A stretch of DNA of 64,000 bases from Lingula anatina. Lineage: Eukaryota; Animalia; Brachiopoda. The stretch is taken from NCBI GenBank assembly GCA_051362555.1, contig CM120643.1, forward strand, positions 22,882,848-22,946,847, in the 5' to 3' direction. Shown here one piece after another: positions 41,101 to 50,003 of the stretch (position 1 is the stretch's first letter; every line of letters starts with the position of its first letter). The translations under genes and the position numbers were made by a program. Below the pieces are notes generated by a model. It did no database searches. It saw only the letters and a list, made by a program, of their open reading frames with translations, and was not told the origin of the DNA.

Positions 41101-43737
41101 GGTATGATCCCAAGTAATGTGTAGTGATCCTCCATCTTTGTTGTGTCCTCCATCTTTGATGTGTGCTCCAATGAGGGTTTCTTTGTGTATTCAAAAAACT
41201 TCAAAAAACTGTTTTTCTGTCCTGTCTTCTTCCTTAATTTAGTCCACTTGCAGATCCTGGGATCTTAAGATTCCTTCTTATGTTAGTTCATATGAAGTAA
41301 TTCTTCTGGTTTAGGCATTAAATTAAAAGTTTTCAGAGAGCCCTTAACATCCTGTCTGGACAGTCGGCCATTTTATAATACGACGTTAAGTCATAGACAA
41401 CATTCCGGCTGCCCAAACTCAACAGAAAGGGAATTACGACAAAACCCGTGCAAATGAGGCATTATTTTGTGTATTCCTCCAAAATGCTATATTTTGTTTA
41501 CATTGATAAAATACTACTTTGTGATGAAATGGTCAATAAGTTGAAAAGCATGGTTAAGCAATATATATCCCACTTTTCAAGGCTATGTGATATTTTACAC
41601 ATATTCTTATACTATCAATAAAAGCAGTCGTCACAAGCCAAATTTTAAACGCCATGATTGTGTGTGTTCTTAACTTATGCAACATAAAGGATGTTATTAA
41701 TTAACAGAAAGAAAAAGATAGCAGTTACGGACACCTGTCAGTGGTATGAATTTGAATTACAATACCAGTGATAAAAAAATTAAATAAAATTGACATTAAT
41801 TATAAGTATATGCGTGTGGGTTTGTACGTTTTCCTAGTGTTTTTATGTAGTATTGTAATAACCTTCACCACCAAAAATAACATCATAAATGCATTAATGA
41901 GTGGGACACTTGCTTTCGACGTGGACCACCTGTTTTGAAAATTTGGGGGGTGGGGGCGCTCTCTGTCAACCTGTGTGATAGTAATGGTAATCCGCTAGGA
42001 ACCAATTACCTGTACAAATTAATAGGAAACCGACTCTCTATCATGGGGGATTACCTGTCACGTCATCGGTCTACTGAGGATAAAAATTAATCATTCTCAG
42101 TCTTGTTACGTATTATGCGTGGACGATGTCGTCAGTCTTGGACCACATTTCAGAGGGACATGTACCGGTGTTACAGGAATGCAAATCCGCTAGGATACCT
42201 AGTCCGTGACATTCGTCCCACATACTGACCCTAATACTCCAACTAACCCTAACTTGTACTAATCATATGGGAGCCCGAACTTTCATGCCTAGGACTTGCA
42301 TTATTAGGGTTAGTATATTTATGAGACGATGGTCAACTGTACGAAGTAAGGGGAAGCGGATTTCGGTTCCTAGCGGATTTGCATTCCTTTTACACCGTTG
42401 TGTGCCATGCCTTTTCCATGCACCTGTCGAAATGCTTAGGGGTGCGGTCCAAGCCTCTGCATGTGCTTCTGGCTCTAAATCGTGTGCTTTGTTTCAGATA
42501 TTGGTTATCTTGCTGAAATGGATGCATGGAGGCTCATGTAGAAGGGGGCATTTTTCATTCCCACTGGAGAACCTGTCATTTGAACAATATATGACAAAAG
42601 TTGGTGAGAAATAGTTTTTCGTTTGAAAGCACAAACCGTTAGTCATACAGAGTGCAATTTTAAAGTTTAACTATTGTTCCCAAAGGTCATGCTTTAAAAG
42701 ACCTGTTCTCTTGTTAACTGTTGGAAATATAATATACAAAACAAAACATTTTTTAATTACAAATTTTAAATTACAAATGAGATACTCGTTACGTTTCGCA
42801 ATTGAGAGCAATCTGTTCAATCAGTTTAAATCCATATCCAGCAAGTCAATATATTCAGAAAGCAGTGCTTTAATTGTCCTCAATAATTGCTTTTCAGGCA
42901 ATTAAATAAAGCAAGTTCCATGCTCGTTGCAAGGTATTTCTAAAATTCTGGGGTATTTTTCACATTAAGCGGTCGACTGTGGATATTTCAGAATACTCAG
43001 TCCAATTATTAAATGTTTTTTCTTTCATTTTCCACCTTCAGGCCCATGTGGTAACACCACAACCTATGATTTAGTTGCTGCTGTTGAACACGGAGGCACA
43101 CCACAGGGTATGAACACTACTTTTTATTTCTCAATAATTCAACGAATTGAGCGGTGCTTACAAAAGACTATGGTGCGTTATTTATCTTTGGATAAAAACA
43201 ATTAAATTTTGAGTAAAATAGATTGATAAATACGTAAAAAGGGTGTGTAATATATATATACCGGAATCACTGTTGAAGAACGAAGTGAAGTATACAGACA
43301 TTTTCAAAAATCACAAAGCCGATTTACACAAACATTTTGACGTGAAAGATCGGCTATGTTCTAGGTTACAAAGCAGACCAATTTTAGTATTTCTTTATTT
43401 TTTTTTTACAATATTTGAATAAAATGTGTCACTTTTGGGTCCCATGAGGGGGGCGCAATTTTGAAAAAAAAGAAGAGAGATGTTTTAAATCTGTAATTGT
43501 TTTTGTTGCCGCATAGCTAAGGGAATCTATGCTGTGGGGGAGTATCGGTGCAAAAGAGTATTGGTGCGGGGACGCAAAGATGCGGGGGGGGGGGGTATCG
43601 ATGCGGGGAAGTATTGGTGCGGGGGAGTATCCGTGCGGGGACGTATAGGGATGTAACCTTTTTCATTACATTTGGTTTTAAAAATTCATTTTTCATCTTC
43701 CATCATTTCATTTCTTAAATCCCAATAATTGTAGTAG

Positions 43738-43823
<86 letters not shown>

Positions 43824-46800
43824 GTGGACATTACAAAGCCTATGGAAAAAGACACGATGCTTGGTTTTGTTTCAATGATGACATGGTACAACAAGTGGGT
43901 CTGAGAAGTGTGGAATCAAGTTATCCATATATTTTGTTCTACAGGTAGGTAAGATCGGTAACTAACAAATCTGCTTGTGTGTTAGCTGAAATTTGCTCAA
44001 TTATATATACTGCTCATGAGGTTGGTCACTGTATTAATGAACATTACAAATGAACTGTAATGTGAATGTTACTGTTAAAATCGAGCACTGGTTGTGGATT
44101 TTTTTTACTGTTAATCAAGTGATTGCATATTTACCAACTACTATAGCACTTGGTTAATCTGCTAGAAAAAATTGTTATCACAAAGAAAACCTTAAATTTT
44201 GACGATATAGCAGATTAAATTCATTGTTCTATTTTATTTTAAATGTCCTAAGTACATAAATGTCAGAAAACTACCATGTCATTTGTTAAAAGTACCCTTT
44301 AAAGTGTTTCTTTTACTTAACTCTAGTAAAACAAAGTATTGTGTCATTTAGTTTTAAAATATTTATACTGATCATGCCACTCAAAACATCTTTTGCAGGA
44401 AAGTCCTTCCAATTCAGGAAAAACAAGCACCAGTACGTTCCTTTTTTATTGGAATCTATTATTTAATAAAATACAAAAGGATTCTATATTATTAATGTAT
44501 ATGTACGTATATAGATGGCTAGGACATCTAGGTTATTGGACATCTAGGTTGTCCTTAAACTAGCCACAGCCTTGGCATCGGTGACTCACATAATGCATGT
44601 ATGACCATTATCATTGTAGGTGTACATTTCCAAAGAATGGCTATTCAAACAAAAGACATTTGTAGAGCCGGGGCCTATAGATAATGCAGCTGTCCTCTGC
44701 GAACACGGAAGTAATAATTAGCTTATGGTTACATTCTTTAAAGGCGCAAAATAGACGTTATCAGTTTGTATAGCAAAACAAATATTCCTGGAAATTTCAA
44801 CAATTATCCCTCTAAATTCATCACCTAAGTCTACAATTAAGACAATTAAGAACCAGTTTTTTATTCTAAAGTTGTAGCTTTTGCTGTAGCAGGTGAAAAT
44901 ATGTGAACATTAGGGAGCGTTCAGAAACACCCACCGTACTACCTGGATTGATCTAACTCTGCGGGGATTCTTGCTTTAGTGCAGGCAATGTAATCTGCCT
45001 ATTTGCCCGACCCGCCTATCCCAGTTGTGAGTGCTCCGCTCTCAGCTCTTTCACACGAGGAGACGTGCCAGACAATTATAAGTTGATTACACTAAATGCA
45101 CTCGAGCGAGATACCCTGCAGTGTTGGAGTGATCCAGCTAGTGTGATGGGTTTATTTGAAGGTGAGCTAATTAATTCTCTATCTCCATTAAGACATATAG
45201 TGACCCAAAATCTAGAAAGTTATAACAAAGATGGCATGGACGGGGCTAATGGATTATAATTCAGAAAATTACTTTGGGTTTGGCTAACCTTGGTGATTAA
45301 TGTGCAAAGGTCTTGAAATTTTCAGAAAATGTACTTTACCTGTATATAGATTTATAACATGCATTATTGAAATATATTACTATTATCATTTTAAACGCTG
45401 TGAATTATTTAAGTTTCCCCCAGGTTGGATTTCATATTGCTACTTGTCGCCAAATATACATTAAAATTAAGTCTTTAATGAACATGTTTTGATTGTTTAG
45501 ACCTGAGAAATGAGGTGGTTGAAAATCCTGAACATTTTCTAAAAAAAATGTCCAATGTGGAGTTTGAGGAATACTTCAAAAGGTAGGCTATGTGTGCCAG
45601 TTGACAGTTGTACCTTATAGATACATTAACCCGCAGGTTGTAATGTAGTTTTACCTCAGTTACTGTAAACTGGTTCGGGAATAGTGGATTTTGCAGGTGC
45701 TGGGACACATTTTCCATAAATCTTTAGACATGCAGCTACATGTGCAACACAGAGTGACTGAAAAAATGCCACAGTTCATGAGACCTATCGCTACCCTTCC
45801 AACACCGCCCAAAATCTGATGAACATACTGCATGCAACTTTTTAATTTAAGTTTATATCACGTGGAAATTATTCCTGCCATACATGTACATTGACAAATT
45901 TGAACATGTTTAGCAGTAAGCCTCAATATTTAAAACCCTTGACCATTTTGGTGTAACCAAATGCAATGCAACTTCAAACTCCCTACTCTACTGTACGGTA
46001 CCCATCAACATTGGGGAAAAGAACTGCACTTAGACCCCATTTCCATAGATTTTAAGATTGATCTATCCCTGTGGGGAGTCTCACTTGATTACTGTCAGCT
46101 TGGCCGGCTTAAGCGTTTGTCCCGCCTACTAAAAGCTGTAAGGGGGTAATTAACTATGGTGTCCGCTCGGCTGAATGCAATTTAGCGTGAACCCCCAGGG
46201 AGATAGGTCGATCTAAATCTTAATCTTTAGATCTATCTAAATCTCTGGGAAAGCACCCTTAGACCGGGTTCATATAGTTAGTACTACATGTAGCTGGATC
46301 GAACTGACTTGGAAATTTTGTATCTACAGCATCTTGTAATTTAATATTACATCTTAGGTCTGCTTACAATAAGTGAGCTTCCTGAATCTTGTAATTGAAA
46401 GCCAATACTATTATTTTTATTTCATTTTCAGTCTTCTGTCCTATATTCAGTCAAATCTTCAAGAATGTATTAATGTCTCAAGTAGATAATTTGAAAGCAG
46501 TATATATTCTATTTTGGAAAGGGGTGTTGTCTTGGAGGAGAGTGGGTTGTCCGTGAAAATTATCTTGGAGATATAATTTTTCATGCCATAAGTTTCACAG
46601 TTTATTTTAAATCTGTTATGTCTATTTTATATAGTTTTGTCCGGGGGGAAAAGCTATAAATTTGATATAAGAGTATATATTATATTCATTTGCATTTAGG
46701 TATGGTCACCGTGGTGGTTCTCCTCTTTCAAAGGTGGAACATTGCATTAACTGTTTGGAAGAAATGCAAAACAAAGATTTAGAACGTTCTCATTTTGCAG

Positions 46801-49800
46801 AGGTAACTAGAAAAGCACTCAGAAAGCACAGACCTCTGCCAAGGCAGCAAAGTCTCCATCCAATGTCGTTTCACCCCTAAGCTTTGATATTTTTGATTAT
46901 TGATTATTGATTGGTTATTGATCCGGATCACCACTAAAAACTAATCATCTGTTCCTTGGCCCACTTTTGACAATTCCTGAAAATTTCATCAAAATCGGCC
47001 CATAACTTACTTTTTTTTATTATTGATTGATTATTGATCTGGATCACCACCAAAAACTAATCATCTGTTCCTTGGCCCACTTCTGACAATTCCTGAAAAT
47101 TTCATCAAAATCGGCCCATAACTTACTTTTTTTATTATTGATTGATTATTGATTATTGATCTGGATCACCACCAAAAACTAATCATCTGTTCCTTGGCCC
47201 ACTTCTGACAGTTCATGAATATTTCATCAAAATCGGCCCATAACTTTTTGAGTTATGTTGATGACAGACAACAAACAGACAAACAGGGGTGAAAACATAA
47301 CCTCCTTGGCGGAGGTTAATTTAATATATTGTTTTCTAACTACACATGCAAGACAATAAGCATCACCTTCTCTATGAAGCGTGTCCAACATGCACCCTGG
47401 ATATAATTTTCTGTTTTTCATATAGGCCTAACTTCCTGTACATCTAATGTTATAGTGGGAATAATATAAGAATGAAATATTGTTGTGCATCTATTTTTCT
47501 ACAGAATATGGATACATTCTTTCTGGGTCCAATAGATTTCATTATTTTTTTCAGCTAGATGCAGTATTTTCTAAAAGTCCAACCAACACCCAGTTAGCCT
47601 TGGCTAGGAGATGGTACGGCAAGTGGGTGAAATATGTAAATGGGCAAGCAGGCAAGATATCTAGACATGATCATTTTTCAAATATAGTATACTGATTTCT
47701 AAAAATTAATTATAAAGGGATAACAACTCTTCCTTTGAGATCCATTTATCATAATCACTACATTGTAAACATCATATAGAAATAAAATAAGTTCTATTTT
47801 ACCACCAAAACAGCGGTTATCACAGTTATTCTGGAATCTGTGCTTGCCTTAATTTGGACCATGTGTCTACAATACTAGATGGCTACTCTTTGTAAGAATC
47901 TCTTAATTAAGGGTACTGTTATGGTATATTATCATCGAGATATCAAAAAGGGGGGTTTTCCTGCATCTAATCATTCAATATTGCATCTACCTTTGTGCTG
48001 ATTAAAAACAATAAAAATCCACTTGAAAATATAAAATATTGGCATTTATATTTCTTTATTGCTATGTATAAGCATAGGCAACTTAAAACTTTTATATTCA
48101 ATTGAACACCTTTCTGTTTTGAGGTGAGATAGCAATTCACTTCACCCCAGAACAGTATTTTCTCAGAACAATTGGCATTGTTGACCACAGGTGTATAGGC
48201 TTCAATCCCATGCTGTCATTTTGGTTTAAATGTTTTGTCATGGAGTTATAAGCCCTTAAGTACATATATTTTCATTAAACAAAGGCATTATTTTGCTTTG
48301 TCAACAGTAAAATCTGAACTAAGGGTTTAAAGAAGAATTAATTGCTGGCAAGGTTTTGGAGTACTAAATGATGTCCTTAAATTGGCATAACTGTTAACTT
48401 AAATTGAAACGGTGTTTGTGGCTGCTCAGGTAAAGGAAATATTTGAGAAACTAATTTTTCCATTTTTACCCCCAAAATTGCAATTATGACATATCACCCG
48501 CCTGTTATCTAGAGGAGTGTTTGTACAGCAGTTAATAAGGTGTTTGTTTGCCAAATGCTTATAGTATCCTTAGGGGATAATTACAAAGAAAAAAAAAAAA
48601 AAAACACAGGGACTCACTCTGAATGTCAGACTGGATTTATTCGCCACTGTTTAATATGGGAAAATTGCTGTTTACTCCAGGAAAATCCATTTTTTTTGGC
48701 AAAAATGTGCAGTTGTTGTTGTTACCCCTTTATATCTTGCGACATGATTTCAAAGTTCAGTCAAATGCTTCATTATTCCAGTGATATAATTTTACAATGT
48801 ATACAGGTGCCAAATATTATCATTTATTATACAGAACACCCAGGTAGGATAGACAATTCACGAATATGCGACTTAATTGAAGAGAGAGGTGCCTATGTGG
48901 CTAAACATGATCCTTCTGGTAGAATGTATAAGACCATCTCAGCTGAAATGTGGCAGTTCCTGCACAACAAGTATGGAGGTGGCCCTGAAGTCCATGTGAT
49001 GCCTTTAAGTGGAGAACCTCAAAAAGGCTACCCAGCACAGCAACAAGGACAATGGTCAAATCAATGGTATCTGTCAGCACCTTTGTTATTATCCATTTGT
49101 ATTTATGACTAAACTGATAGGCAACATCAAAGTCTGTGGTAGAAACTGCTAAGTTATAAAGTTGTTTTATTAAACAAACTCATATTTGATTGTGTAAAGG
49201 ACTATATATTAGCTAAAAGTAATTGAAAATGCATGCTCTCTGTTGTGTATCTACATACATTCATGTGCCCTTCCAGGCATCAGAGTTGTTCATGGCAAGC
49301 AGAAGCATCAGGCACTGCACGTCCCGAACTTGAAAATCCAAGTTTACAGTGGGAAATGTTTAAAAACGTATTTACATGTACTTTATTACGTTAAATTTAA
49401 AATTCACATTATACACCTCCCTCATTATATATATAGCATCTATGTATCTAAGTTTCAAACAGCATAAATTAAAGCAATATTATTGTTCATATTGAACATT
49501 TGTCAGAAAAGTGTGACATGTAATTCAGTTTAAAATATGAAGTTGCACACTTTCGTATAGAGAGTAGAATGTTTTTTCTTCCTTTTTAATATCTTAATTA
49601 ATTGTCCTTATAAGTGACTGATCTTTCATTTGCTTTACATTGGGTAAGCCAAATTATTTTGTCATTTTATCATTTTAGATGGATAAAGCAGATCATGAAT
49701 CAAAAGCAGATGGTTGCCATTATGTTTCAAAACATTGGTTTGACAAATGGATAGACTACACTCAGAACTCAGGAGGTTTGTTTCATGTAGACACATATGT

Positions 49801-49942
49801 ATACAGTCACTATTAACAATTTTATACGTGCCAATTCACAACAGAAAATTAAGATTACAACCACAACTTTTCGTATTTATATTCTATTTTACATCATAGG
49901 CAGATTCTTTACTACAGCAGGATGTTTCAGCAATCTTCTCAG

Positions 49943-50003
<61 letters not shown>

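Larger units (their letters stand above)
34901..41374 (-). mobile_element. Full-length non-LTR retrotransposon (CR1/L2 group), ~6.5 kb, two intact ORFs, antisense in a USP intron
   Basis: 5' end AAAATGGCCGAC; ORF1, then a ~440-nt spacer, then ORF2. The 3' UTR ends in AATAAA followed by a (TTA)n tail (34901-34923). Confidence 0.93.
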
